Source: a virus
Lineage: Duplodnaviria; Caudoviricetes
Strand: one strand, 5' to 3'
DNA length: 64,000 bases
IMG/VR virus record: IMGVR_UViG_3300029288_000065
Location: 160,001 to 224,000 of that record
Of the stretch, positions 48,623 through 58,112 are shown piece after piece; position 1 is the stretch's first letter; every line of letters starts with the position of its first letter. A program made the position numbers and the translations under genes. The notes beneath the pieces are model-generated. The model saw nothing but the letters and a program-made list of their open reading frames with translations. It made no database searches and had not been told where the DNA came from.

Positions 48623-48988
48623 TCATTCTTCTTTGATTAGAAAATCGTTAATTTCTGGAATAATTTTCTCTGGGTCAAAAGATGGATTATTGATATCATA
48701 AACCTTGTACTTTTTATACTTCATCATACCGCCTTCACCAAATTTATGAATATCATACATCACGATTAAATCCTTATTATTCATACATTCTTCTGATATA
48801 GGGGTCACATCTTCTTCCCATCTGGTTCTTCTCAAAAATGGTGGATATATCTCATTTAGATATGTTACTATTACTCGCCTTTCAATTTTTGATCTTACTA
48901 ATCTCTGTATCCATAGATTATTGTAATGTTGATAAACGAAAATATCCTTTCTCCAACCATCTACGAATCGGTTAAGTAGGCTGTCCAT
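48623..48988 (-). CDS. DP-motif protein, tandem paralog
   Basis: KYKKYKVYDINNPSFDPEKI. Confidence 0.7.
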   Translation of the reverse strand: MDSLLNRFVDGWRKDIFVYQHYNNLWIQRLVRSKIERRVIVTYLNEIYPPFLRRTRWEEDVTPISEECMNNKDLIVMYDIHKFGEGGMMKYKKYKVYDINNPSFDPEKIIPEINDFLIKEE

Positions 48989-49322
48989 CTTTCCCTTCCA
49001 GGTATTCTGTAATCTCTTTGATCACTGATTCAGGGTCAAAGGATGGATCTGCGATGTCATATATTTTGTATTTCTTATATTTCGCATTACAAATGAAGAA
49101 TAATATTAGATTCCTTTGAAGGTTACATGATTTAGGTAAGTCGAATTCGGCAGTTGTTTCTATAAAGTGTTCATGGAGATGGTCGGTATACATTAATGAA
49201 ACCTGATAACATTTGGACTCGAATGATATCCATTGTGTTCTTATAGACAGAAAAGAATCACCTAGTCTAATTATATGAGTATCCCAGAATCTCTCAGAGA
49301 AGATTTTAAGTAGGCTGTCCAT
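48972..49322 (-). CDS. DP-motif protein, tandem paralog
   Basis: KYKKYKIYDIADPSFDPESV. Confidence 0.7.
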   Translation of the reverse strand: MDSLLKIFSERFWDTHIIRLGDSFLSIRTQWISFESKCYQVSLMYTDHLHEHFIETTAEFDLPKSCNLQRNLILFFICNAKYKKYKIYDIADPSFDPESVIKEITEYLEGKDGQPT

Positions 49323-49590
49323 TGTTTTCTCGATTCAGGAATTTCCTAACCTCTCTGACCACACTATGTGGGTCAAATGATGGATCAGCAATATCAAATT
49401 CTCTAACCCGCATCTTCAAACGTCGTTTCCTATATTTCTTAAATGCTACCTTGAGAGATGTTTTCGAAAGAGAAATCCGTATATTTCTCTTTTTGGATAC
49501 TGTTCCAATTGTAAGACTACCGGGGGTAAGAAAACGTGAAGTATCAAGAAATTCGCTTGTGAAGAAAAGTAACAACTTATCCACCATCAT
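49306..49590 (-). CDS. DP-motif protein, tandem paralog
   Basis: EFDIADPSFDPHSV. Confidence 0.7.
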   Translation of the reverse strand: MMVDKLLLFFTSEFLDTSRFLTPGSLTIGTVSKKRNIRISLSKTSLKVAFKKYRKRRLKMRVREFDIADPSFDPHSVVREVRKFLNRENNGQPT

Positions 49591-49868
49591 TTTAGGGTCA
49601 CAATCTTCTTGTCACCGGCCAACTCCTGAATCCTCAGGAAAAAGTTGGGGTGGGGCCTAAACTCCCAACGATTCTTCTCGTGATATTCTTTCGTTTCTTT
49701 GATAAATTCCTCTGCGGCAGAAATATATCTATCATATTCCTTGTGTGTCAATTTCCCAACCACTTTTGCATAAAAATCAGCACATCCAGCGCCATATCTG
49801 GTGTCACATTCCACTGGGTCCCATACTTCTTGGAATGTGTCTTCAACCTGTTTTCTGGTTACTTGCAT
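49587..49868 (-). CDS. hypothetical protein
   Basis: AGGAGG RBS. Confidence 0.6.
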   Translation of the reverse strand: MQVTRKQVEDTFQEVWDPVECDTRYGAGCADFYAKVVGKLTHKEYDRYISAAEEFIKETKEYHEKNRWEFRPHPNFFLRIQELAGDKKIVTLK

Positions 49869-50655
49869 CGAAGTCCTCCTTCAATGCTTGTGCCATCATG
49901 CAGAAGTTATCCCTATCTGCTGTGTTTAGTTCTTTTGTTTCAATATAAGGGGACGCAAACTTTTTTGTAATCCTAAGATTGTTCTTCTCAAAACAACCCT
50001 GGACAGGATAGAATTTGTCAACGCCATCGAACAATAGTTGCCCGTATCTTTGGGTCATAGTGATGAAATTGATGTAGAACCACATCTCGGATCCACTATT
50101 TGGGTCTGCCAAACCTTCTTTACTGGAATCTATCTTGCCGCCTTCTTTTAGACCAACGATAGTGATGGTTCCAGATGCAACATAATTTGGTTGGCAGAAT
50201 CTGAGTCCTTTCTCACTTCTGGTAATTGGTTCTCCAATTTCCGAGAAATTATATGGTTCATGCGGTATATTCTTGACTTTTTTGGGTCTTTCTTCGAATT
50301 TGGTAATAACCGGCGTCTCCGCGATTATTGGTTTGAGTGCTTGGGGGATTAATTTGTTTGGGATTTCCGAATTTGGGAGAGTAGTCCTTTCAAGTTCATA
50401 ACCACCAAATTTCGTAATCTTATAGAAAGACAATTCTTTCGAAATACTATTATTCCAATGATAAAGTCTTATATGAATCTGCGCTCTGAAATGATTCTTT
50501 CGCTTTATAATAACGTAATTTTCTTTTAATTCACATTCGCATCCTTCGAAATCTGGTTCTTCTTTGATACATTTTTGGAATACTTTTAAAAGGTCTTCGG
50601 CTTTGGCCTGAACTTTTGCATCAGTCACTTCTTTTCCTCCTGGAGGAATGCACAT
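49843..50655 (-). CDS. DP-motif protein, paralog of 39599/40730
   Basis: EGLADPNSGSEMWFYI. Confidence 0.6.
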   Translation of the reverse strand: MCIPPGGKEVTDAKVQAKAEDLLKVFQKCIKEEPDFEGCECELKENYVIIKRKNHFRAQIHIRLYHWNNSISKELSFYKITKFGGYELERTTLPNSEIPNKLIPQALKPIIAETPVITKFEERPKKVKNIPHEPYNFSEIGEPITRSEKGLRFCQPNYVASGTITIVGLKEGGKIDSSKEGLADPNSGSEMWFYINFITMTQRYGQLLFDGVDKFYPVQGCFEKNNLRITKKFASPYIETKELNTADRDNFCMMAQALKEDFDASNQKTG

Positions 50656-51056
50656 GTATCACCAGCAATAACCTTATCAATTAACATCTTTCGTGTAGAC
50701 GAATCTGGGATGGATGAATAATATTTCTTATAGAGACACAAAAGATCCTCATAACTAATTTCCTGTAACAGAGGTGTTAGCAACCCAACCAATGCTCCTC
50801 TTGCGAATATTTCACCGACTGTTTTTCTGAGATTATCCAGAGATTTGGGATCATTAAGATCAATTTCAATTTTATCTGCATATTTTATTCTTGATCCAGT
50901 TACGAAGATTTTGGCGTCTTTTAATTCCAATGATAAAGATGATCCCAATTTATCAGAAATACCAGCTGCTGGTATTTCTCCATAACCTGTAGTAAAATCA
51001 CCCAGTCTTGCATTTCTGATTATTTCACAAAGAAGTTCTCGTTCCAACTTGGACAT
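50625..51056 (-). CDS. DP-motif family protein
   Basis: EIDLNDPKSLDNL. Confidence 0.65.
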   Translation of the reverse strand: MSKLERELLCEIIRNARLGDFTTGYGEIPAAGISDKLGSSLSLELKDAKIFVTGSRIKYADKIEIDLNDPKSLDNLRKTVGEIFARGALVGLLTPLLQEISYEDLLCLYKKYYSSIPDSSTRKMLIDKVIAGDTCAFLQEEKK

Positions 51057-51427
51057 TATTCTTCCCTTTTCAGGGCATTAAAATGTGACAATATCTTTTT
51101 TAGAATTCTATCAAACGACGTTGGATCAGCAAGTTCGAACCTCTCACCAAAACGCCATCCCATACATTGTGTAACTTTTGGGACCGAAATATTATCATCT
51201 CCCCAAGTAACCCTCTCCATATTATCCCAAAACCATAATCTAACATTATATTCGTCATCTGGATCAATCAACGCACATTCCATTTTATTAATACAAAAAC
51301 GGAAACAGTCATCTTTTGTCTCTAGAAAATCGCAGGTCAATAATTGCTTTTCTATTTCGTCCTTTAACCATATTGCCAGTTCATGAAAAACAGACTTGGT
51401 AAGTGGGCTTAATGTTCGTATGGTCAT
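51056..51427 (-). CDS. DP-motif family protein
   Basis: RFELADPTSFDRI. Confidence 0.65.
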   Translation of the reverse strand: MTIRTLSPLTKSVFHELAIWLKDEIEKQLLTCDFLETKDDCFRFCINKMECALIDPDDEYNVRLWFWDNMERVTWGDDNISVPKVTQCMGWRFGERFELADPTSFDRILKKILSHFNALKREE

Positions 51428-52086
51428 AATATCTCCTTTAACTTCTCTTCAAAGAACTCGACATTATGAGCAGTGAAAGGAGCATTCTTCCAATAGAGTT
51501 TCCCATCTTTAATATTGAGAACTACAGATTTCTTGTGGGTACCACCACCAGGCTTGACAGTCATTAGTCTGGCCATGAAATTCATCTTAGGATTGGTCTT
51601 TGGATCAGCCAGTTCCTTATTTCCTCTGGTAATCACACGAGCCGAAAGCGTTAGAATCAGAGTCATTGGGAATTTTTCATACTTGATGTTGATTAGTTCG
51701 TTGACGACTTGATATTTGATCTTTTTGAATGTAACAATATATCCGTCTTCAGTTTCTTTATATTGGTGATTAAATATTCTTTCCCCGTTCTGCCATACCC
51801 AAGTATAAGCAGAATCACGGATTATTCCATACAAATCTGCTGGAACGTCATCCGAGACATGTATATCATAAACTTTGGTATAATCAAGATAAGTTGGATT
51901 ATTCCATTTTCTCCTATAATAGAGATTTTTGGAAATTATTTTTACTTCAATAATATCATTGCTACCTCCAACGAATTCACCGGTTAGAATACTTGTCAAT
52001 TTCACTCTAATTTCGCTTAAATCATATTCATTTATTGGCTTATCAAATCCGAGTTTTTTCATATCTCTCAAGTCGATCGTGATCAT
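51424..52086 (-). CDS. ELANP-subtype protein, paralog of 31841-32395
   Basis: KELADPKTNPKMNFMAR. Confidence 0.65.
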   Translation of the reverse strand: MITIDLRDMKKLGFDKPINEYDLSEIRVKLTSILTGEFVGGSNDIIEVKIISKNLYYRRKWNNPTYLDYTKVYDIHVSDDVPADLYGIIRDSAYTWVWQNGERIFNHQYKETEDGYIVTFKKIKYQVVNELINIKYEKFPMTLILTLSARVITRGNKELADPKTNPKMNFMARLMTVKPGGGTHKKSVVLNIKDGKLYWKNAPFTAHNVEFFEEKLKEIL

Positions 52087-52400
52087 TTATTGATTTCCTC
52101 TATCATCTTCATCACTTTTCCAAACATTTCATCGTGATTAATAGCTTCATACTTGCCAGCAATATATTCCCACCAGAGTCTCTTCTTTTCTACATCTACT
52201 CTTAGAACTCTGGTTCGACTTTGGATTTCAAATGTTCGTCCCGGTTCATATTCCAGGCAGATTGCTTCTGCCTTGAAGATTACTTCTGCTGTTGGGTCTT
52301 CCAGCATTTTGTTCACGTGGATTGTTGAGACTGATAGTTGGATCTGACAGATAAACTTGATCGTCTGGCTACTTTGGATTACTCCAAGTTCTTGCTTCAT
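52083..52400 (-). CDS. ELANP-subtype protein
   Basis: KMLEDPTAEVIF. Confidence 0.55.
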   Translation of the reverse strand: MKQELGVIQSSQTIKFICQIQLSVSTIHVNKMLEDPTAEVIFKAEAICLEYEPGRTFEIQSRTRVLRVDVEKKRLWWEYIAGKYEAINHDEMFGKVMKMIEEINK

Positions 52401-52430
52401 GTTGTCTCCTCGCCTCTAGGAAAGACACAG

Positions 52431-52459
52431 AGGCCCCCTCTGGCAGGTAGAGGGGGCCT
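52431..52459 (-). terminator. terminator-like hairpin after MoxR ATPase
   Basis: 11-bp stem AGGCCCCCTCT/AGAGGGGGCCT. Confidence 0.65.
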
Positions 52460-52482
52460 TTAGTACTTCCTAAGAAGCTAGA

Positions 52483-53730
52483 TTACTCGTCCTTGTCCTT
52501 ACCCCACGCGGTCTTGGACAGGAGATCCTGCAGTTGAGGACGCTCAAGCAGCCGGTCCAAGAATTTCTTCTTGCCACCGGGGGAGCCGCCAGCCTTACCC
52601 AACAGCTTGGCCAACTTCGGATTGGAGATTGCTGCCGCCCGGACGTGATCGTCCACGCCCGCTCCGCCACCAGACACCAAAGCCTTGCAGAACGCAACCA
52701 CAAGGTCCTTGTCCGGATTCTGCTTGCACATCCATTCCGCAAAATCCAGAGCGACTTCGCCAGGCTTGTCCTCTTCGATCTTGGGCTTGATGAAGCCCAC
52801 GAGGCCCCACATCAGACCTGTCATCTGATTTCGGTTCAGCTTGCCAAGCTGGCCTTCCTTGGCCTTGACACCGGTCTGAACCAGCTCGCGAGGCTTGACA
52901 GGGCAGGAATACCGGCTATACGACATCGCCAGTTCTCGACCGATCAGACCAGCGATGACTTCGATTCGGGCTTCCTCGCTATAGCTTCCTTCCTTGCAGG
53001 CTTCCTCCACCCTTACGATTGCTTCCCACGACCGCCTTGACGGCTGGATACCGAAGCCAAGTTCGCCGTCCACGTCACCATCAAGGTGCTTGACGTTCTG
53101 CGTGGCGAACTCGATTACCTGGGATGCCCGACCTTCGTGCTTCATACCCATGTAATCGACCCATTCATCCAGGGTCGTCTCACCGTCACTCAGAGTGACG
53201 TGACAGAATCGATTCAGGAAGGCCGGATCGGTGAATCCGTTCACCATGTAGCCTTCCATGAAATTTCCCGCGCAGACCACGGACCAGCCAGGCGGGAGGG
53301 TATACTGACCGACCTTGCGGTCCAGGATCAGCTGGAAGATTGCCTGTAGCACGTCGTCCTGGGCTCGATTGACTTCGTCCAGGAAGAGGATTCCCTGCTT
53401 GAGGCGGGGTTGCATTTGGTTCCAATATGCTTCCTTCTTTTCGTCGCCAAGTTCGTTATACTTGGTGATGAATTCCTTGAATTCGATATCGGCGATGGGC
53501 ATGTCTGCCGGTGGGAGGTAGATGGTTCGTCCGTTTTGTCGGTCAGGGAGGCCACGGATGTCGCTGGCTTCAAGCTGCGAGCATCGCATGTCGATCATTC
53601 CCATTTCGTCTTCCATTGAGGTCTGTTGGACCACGCTGGATTTTCCGATGCCTCGGTGTCCCCAGATGAACAGCGTCACATTGGACTTTTTGCAAATCCT
53701 GATAGTTTCCTTCAAAGTCTTGATCTTCAT
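52483..53730 (-). CDS. MoxR-like AAA+ ATPase (DUF2201-associated type)
   Basis: WGHRGIGKS, D.RGLP, LFLDEVNRA, QLILDR, AGN, DPAFLNRF, PSRRSW. Confidence 0.9.
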   Translation of the reverse strand: MKIKTLKETIRICKKSNVTLFIWGHRGIGKSSVVQQTSMEDEMGMIDMRCSQLEASDIRGLPDRQNGRTIYLPPADMPIADIEFKEFITKYNELGDEKKEAYWNQMQPRLKQGILFLDEVNRAQDDVLQAIFQLILDRKVGQYTLPPGWSVVCAGNFMEGYMVNGFTDPAFLNRFCHVTLSDGETTLDEWVDYMGMKHEGRASQVIEFATQNVKHLDGDVDGELGFGIQPSRRSWEAIVRVEEACKEGSYSEEARIEVIAGLIGRELAMSYSRYSCPVKPRELVQTGVKAKEGQLGKLNRNQMTGLMWGLVGFIKPKIEEDKPGEVALDFAEWMCKQNPDKDLVVAFCKALVSGGGAGVDDHVRAAAISNPKLAKLLGKAGGSPGGKKKFLDRLLERPQLQDLLSKTAWGKDKDE

Positions 53731-53784
53731 TACTGCCTCCTCGCGGAAAAGGGTTTCTTATCCATGTTGGTGATATCGGCGTTG

Positions 53785-54396
53785 CTATTTCTGGGAATTG
53801 TTCACGAATTCCACGAACGCCTTGTGGCTAGCTGCTACCAGTTCGTCGGCTCTTGCTGAATTCCACCCCTCCAAAAGCACATTGTGCAGAACTATAGTCT
53901 TGGTTTCATCACGCCACTTGTCATTATTCCAATGACTTGTCTTACCAACAATTCCATAAACAATCCACCACTTATTATCCCACTTCATCATACTGGCAGC
54001 ACCACCTGCACCACTAACATACACAATATCAGGAGAATAACTTGGATTTGACAATACCTCGACACGAATTTTATATGTATCACCATCACGGAAATATTGA
54101 CTAGTTGGGCATAGAACATGCCAACTAGTCATCTTTTCCTTGGAATGGGTGGCACACCCCATATAACAAGTACCACTCCTGAACCAAGCTACAGGTCCTT
54201 GAGTGACTTTTACCATAGCAATCTGGCACTTAGAACCACAACTCTTCTGGATAGCGGAGAGACGCGTTTTGTTCAAAGTAGTAATATCACATATCTCAAC
54301 AACGTTGATCCATTGCATCTCTGAGATTGATTTATGAATTTCCAATATTGGCTTGTACAGCTTTCCATGATTATAATTATTTGGTCCTCCAGCCAT
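53785..54396 (-). CDS. hypothetical protein, possible trypsin-like fold remnant
   Basis: GAGGA...WWIVYGIV resembles the C-terminal trypsin motif but lacks the catalytic Ser. Confidence 0.4.
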   Translation of the reverse strand: MAGGPNNYNHGKLYKPILEIHKSISEMQWINVVEICDITTLNKTRLSAIQKSCGSKCQIAMVKVTQGPVAWFRSGTCYMGCATHSKEKMTSWHVLCPTSQYFRDGDTYKIRVEVLSNPSYSPDIVYVSGAGGAASMMKWDNKWWIVYGIVGKTSHWNNDKWRDETKTIVLHNVLLEGWNSARADELVAASHKAFVEFVNNSQK

Positions 54397-54398
54397 GA

Positions 54399-54629
54399 TT
54401 ATTCTACCTCCAAAACTGGAAATTCTGATAAACTTATACGACCGAACCCGTCTGAGCAGCGGACTGAAATGCCAAGCTCCTTAGCCCTATGTAGAGCTTG
54501 TTTCAACTCCCGTTCTGCAGTTTTAATTCTATCACCCTTTGAGCGATAGAAATTCTTACACTTTGGACACACATCTCCGAAAACAAGTACATTTCGCCGT
54601 GCATGAATGTGACATTGACAAACCATCAC
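54399..54629 (-). CDS. Zn-binding hypothetical protein
   Basis: CHIH...CPKC. Confidence 0.55.
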   Translation of the reverse strand: MMVCQCHIHARRNVLVFGDVCPKCKNFYRSKGDRIKTAERELKQALHRAKELGISVRCSDGFGRISLSEFPVLEVE

Positions 54630-54816
54630 TCACCTCTTTTCTTTTGGGGCGATAGGTTTTTCACAACCCGCCTGGAATATCCTTCCACACTTGGTACACA
54701 AGTAATATATGGGCTTGTTAATGTGTTCAAGCCTGGGTCCAAGAAGATGTAGACGTGAGCCACAGGGGCACCATGATTTGGAATCATGTTGTAGTGCGTA
54801 GTGGCTTAGGTCTATC

Positions 54817-55485
54817 TTAGGCGCTCTGCGCATTTTCCACGTCCAATTTCTGGGTACTCTCGACAAACTGTTTGAGAACAACTTCACCAATTGCGTCCAT
54901 ATTTGGATTGGCGATGTCAATATCAGTGGTCATCTTTTCCAATTGTTTTTCTACATCGGTTGCCACAACCTGGACATATTTGTCATAGACTCTGAAGATC
55001 TCTGATTTCATTCTACTTTCTAATTCCCATTTAATTTTAGCCTTTAACTCAATCAATACAGCATCCTTAGCTTCCTGAATAACAGTGGCTATATTGCTTT
55101 CACTCATAATTTCTTCCAGTTTTGTGGCCACTACTAATCTTGCTTTATCAGTTACATATTTGTTGATTGTTGTCTCTCGACCGTTACAATGGTCGACTCT
55201 CCATTGTCCCCATGATCTATCAAATCCAAGAACTTCAGCTATACTAGCTTCAAGTCGTTCTCTCACCATTTTGTCAACTTGACCAATAAAATGTGCTGCG
55301 GATTCGATTATACGCTTGTTGATTTCCTTTCCTGCTGTTTTCATAAGATTTTCTCTTGATTCGTTTGCTGCTTCTGCTAGGACTTTGACTTGTTCCCGAT
55401 CACTGTTTTTTGTTTCCAGTGCATAGATTCGATCTGTTAGTGCCCGTATTTCACTTTCAAGTTCTGCGATTGTCTTTCTTGGCAT
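54817..55485 (-). CDS. coiled-coil protein with C-terminal DP motif
   Basis: DIDIANPNMD. Confidence 0.6.
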   Translation of the reverse strand: MPRKTIAELESEIRALTDRIYALETKNSDREQVKVLAEAANESRENLMKTAGKEINKRIIESAAHFIGQVDKMVRERLEASIAEVLGFDRSWGQWRVDHCNGRETTINKYVTDKARLVVATKLEEIMSESNIATVIQEAKDAVLIELKAKIKWELESRMKSEIFRVYDKYVQVVATDVEKQLEKMTTDIDIANPNMDAIGEVVLKQFVESTQKLDVENAQSA

Positions 55486-55487
55486 TA

Positions 55488-55871
55488 TTAAACTTTCTTG
55501 TATTTGGCAAAGAGACTAACATCGAATACACCAGGTGAGTCAGAAGTACCACCTGTCAATATTTCCTTCACGCATTCAAAGAACTCTTTGTTATTAGATG
55601 GTACGACCTTGGTATGTTGCTGAACCTTTTCTTTATTTTTCCAATAATAATCGATCTCATCTGTATCCAAATTCAATAGGGTACTTGGATAATATGTGAT
55701 TGCTACTTTCCCAAAGGTGAATCGTCCTGTACTTAGTTTGTTGGCTGTCATCCATAGGTCAGCCCGTACTTCTACGGTTTTGTCGGGGTTGGCCAGTTCT
55801 TCACTTACCAGGAATAGTTTGAATTTGGTTATTGAACCTGGGATAAGGAAGGTTCCGATTTGTTTTCGCAC
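55488..55871 (-). CDS. ELANP-subtype protein
   Basis: EELANPDKTVEVRADLW. Confidence 0.6.
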   Translation of the reverse strand: MRKQIGTFLIPGSITKFKLFLVSEELANPDKTVEVRADLWMTANKLSTGRFTFGKVAITYYPSTLLNLDTDEIDYYWKNKEKVQQHTKVVPSNNKEFFECVKEILTGGTSDSPGVFDVSLFAKYKKV

Positions 55872-56254
55872 ATGTCTCTCTTTATTTGGTTTACCAATTT
55901 TCTGAATATGGCAGCGTGGAGTATATTTAATTCAAATGATTTGTGTGTAAAACATTGCAACTTTTGAATCGATAAATTTCCATTCATCATCTCTGGCGTG
56001 GATCCAGGATTATATGCGAGCCAATATTGGTCACTACCATCAACAGCAATATAGAAAGTATTATTTGATAAAACGACAAAAAACACGAATAAACATTTCG
56101 TACCTTTTTTACAGATTGATTCTCTTGTTAATGTGGAGGAAGGCACTTCTCCTTCATAAGCTGGTTCCAGACCAAATATCCCCATATATTGAATGTTGAC
56201 AATACTTGCCATAGAGATTGGGTGACCCAGATCTACTTTTTGGAATTTGCACAT
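55829..56254 (-). CDS. hypothetical protein (DLGHP variant)
   Basis: tiling. Confidence 0.55.
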   Translation of the reverse strand: MCKFQKVDLGHPISMASIVNIQYMGIFGLEPAYEGEVPSSTLTRESICKKGTKCLFVFFVVLSNNTFYIAVDGSDQYWLAYNPGSTPEMMNGNLSIQKLQCFTHKSFELNILHAAIFRKLVNQIKRDMCENKSEPSLSQVQ

Positions 56255-56652
56255 TTTTCTTGCATCAACCTTTCTTCAAGCATACGAGTCCAACAATTCC
56301 TATAACTACTCTTATTGTCACGCATAATCATACAAATGGTGTCAATCATCTTTGGGTCACACAGGAATATTTCCATTAGATGTGTTTTCCATTCCCATCT
56401 ACCACAATAATTTAAATATATTCTTACTCTATCATCACCATATTCATATGATACAACTGTCTTACCTATTTGAGCGATATTGAAACCTTTACCATGAAAG
56501 GTATTTGCATTAAAACGGAGATCTTGCCCAGTACGCTTACGAATATCATTATATAATGCCAGTGCGAAAACAGCCATTTCCTCGTTTGAATCTTTCAATA
56601 TTCTATCAAATTTGTCTTTAACTAGATGATGTTCTCTACCAAGAGAACGCAT
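56233..56652 (-). CDS. DP-motif family protein
   Basis: EIFLCDPKMIDTI; start probably MRSLG. Confidence 0.55.
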   Translation of the reverse strand: MRSLGREHHLVKDKFDRILKDSNEEMAVFALALYNDIRKRTGQDLRFNANTFHGKGFNIAQIGKTVVSYEYGDDRVRIYLNYCGRWEWKTHLMEIFLCDPKMIDTICMIMRDNKSSYRNCWTRMLEERLMQEKCANSKK

Positions 56653-57497
56653 CAGAACATCCCAGAGGGTTCCTGAGGACCAGGACCACCCTCTTTCGGA
56701 GGACCCTTCTTCCACCAATCCGGGTCTTCGTGCTTATCTTTCCAGAAATCAGCATCATCTACGTCCTGTTCCTGATCCATCCCAAGAACAGGAGTCAGAG
56801 TTGCATCCGGTTCCTGAACGATCCTACTAACCACAAAATCAATCATTTTCTCAATATTCTCGCACTTAAGACGATCCTGGAAGCGGAAACCACGCTTCTC
56901 ACCATGTTCCTTCTCAATGGTGATGAATTGCTTGAGTTCCAGGTCGATCTTTACTGGATGCATATTCTCGACAACATTGAAGAATCCACCAGTTTTCTTG
57001 CATGTAGTCACGTAGACTTGACCGTAATATCCTTTACCCTCGACCATGAAGACCTGGACTCGGGTAATGAAGTTCTTTCCAGATTTATTGAGATCTGGTC
57101 GGAATTCATCTACGATATCTCCGAAGAACATAATCTTTGTTTTCTTGCCTTCTTCTAGTGCTTGTTGGCCGATGGTGGCTGCCAAATCTACGTTTTTGAA
57201 TTCCTGGACAAGGAATTCTTTGCCGCTTTGGCAGATCAGGACATTCTTTGTACCACATTCTCCGATGATTGGTTCCAGGGGAGTACCTTTTATAACTTCG
57301 ATATTCATTGGGATTAGGCCTTGTTGTGTGATATTATCTCGGAGGCTCTGTTTTGCTTCTTCTGGGACTTGCTGTTGTTGTTCCATTGTTTTGATCATAA
57401 GTTCTGCTAGTGCGTTTGTGAATTGTGTCCATTCTTCATTTGTGAGACTTACGAGTGTTGCTTCACCGCTCGGCAGATCAACTTTGGACTTTTCCAC
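56652..57497 (-). CDS. hypothetical protein
   Basis: AAGGAG RBS, GTG start; acidic/Trp C-terminal tail. Confidence 0.65.
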   Translation of the reverse strand: MEKSKVDLPSGEATLVSLTNEEWTQFTNALAELMIKTMEQQQQVPEEAKQSLRDNITQQGLIPMNIEVIKGTPLEPIIGECGTKNVLICQSGKEFLVQEFKNVDLAATIGQQALEEGKKTKIMFFGDIVDEFRPDLNKSGKNFITRVQVFMVEGKGYYGQVYVTTCKKTGGFFNVVENMHPVKIDLELKQFITIEKEHGEKRGFRFQDRLKCENIEKMIDFVVSRIVQEPDATLTPVLGMDQEQDVDDADFWKDKHEDPDWWKKGPPKEGGPGPQEPSGMF

Positions 57498-57777
57498 GTT
57501 TTCTCCTTTGTTTAATCTTGTTTGCTATCTTGATTCCTTCTGGTGTTAAATTCCACCAGGCAAATCCATTTACACCACCGTGTGGTTTTACCCATCCTAT
57601 CAACTTCCAGGATTGTAATATCTTTAGTGCAGTTTCGGTATCAGCATACAACTTTATAGATGATGTTAAAAGGTCGAAACTCATATCGAAAGGCATCCAG
57701 ACTTGCCATCGTTTTATAAATTTCGTGAATACTTTCTTTGGGTCGTAATTTGGATTATTTATGTCAAGTTCTAGCAC
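57478..57777 (-). CDS. DP-motif + winged-helix protein (tandem array 1/5)
   Basis: LDINNPNYDPKKVF...SWKLIGWVK...LTPEG. Confidence 0.7.
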   Translation of the reverse strand: MLELDINNPNYDPKKVFTKFIKRWQVWMPFDMSFDLLTSSIKLYADTETALKILQSWKLIGWVKPHGGVNGFAWWNLTPEGIKIANKIKQRRKRGKVQS

Positions 57778-58112
57778 TTTTTAAGTACCTTAATCCCTTG
57801 GTCGGTAAGCATAAAATTACCATTTTTCTTTTCTTCTATCCATTTGAAGTCTTTCCATGAATGAAATATTAATATGATGTTTGCAATATTATTAACTTCA
57901 AATTTTTTACTTTCTATTAATATTAATGTGTCCATAACACCAATTTCATAAATACGCAGCTTTTTCTTACTTAATGTATGGTGACAATTGAACTTCATTT
58001 CGAAAAATTTGCGGAATATTTTCTCTGGGTCATGATCTGGGTTTTCTATTTCTAGTTCCAAGGTTAACTCCTGTATGACCAGAGAAAAGAAATTCTCGTA
58101 ATGGCATCCCAT
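57771..58112 (-). CDS. DP-motif + winged-helix protein (2/5)
   Basis: LEIENPDHDPEKIF...SWKDFKWIE...LTDQG. Confidence 0.7.
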   Translation of the reverse strand: MGCHYENFFSLVIQELTLELEIENPDHDPEKIFRKFFEMKFNCHHTLSKKKLRIYEIGVMDTLILIESKKFEVNNIANIILIFHSWKDFKWIEEKKNGNFMLTDQGIKVLKKC

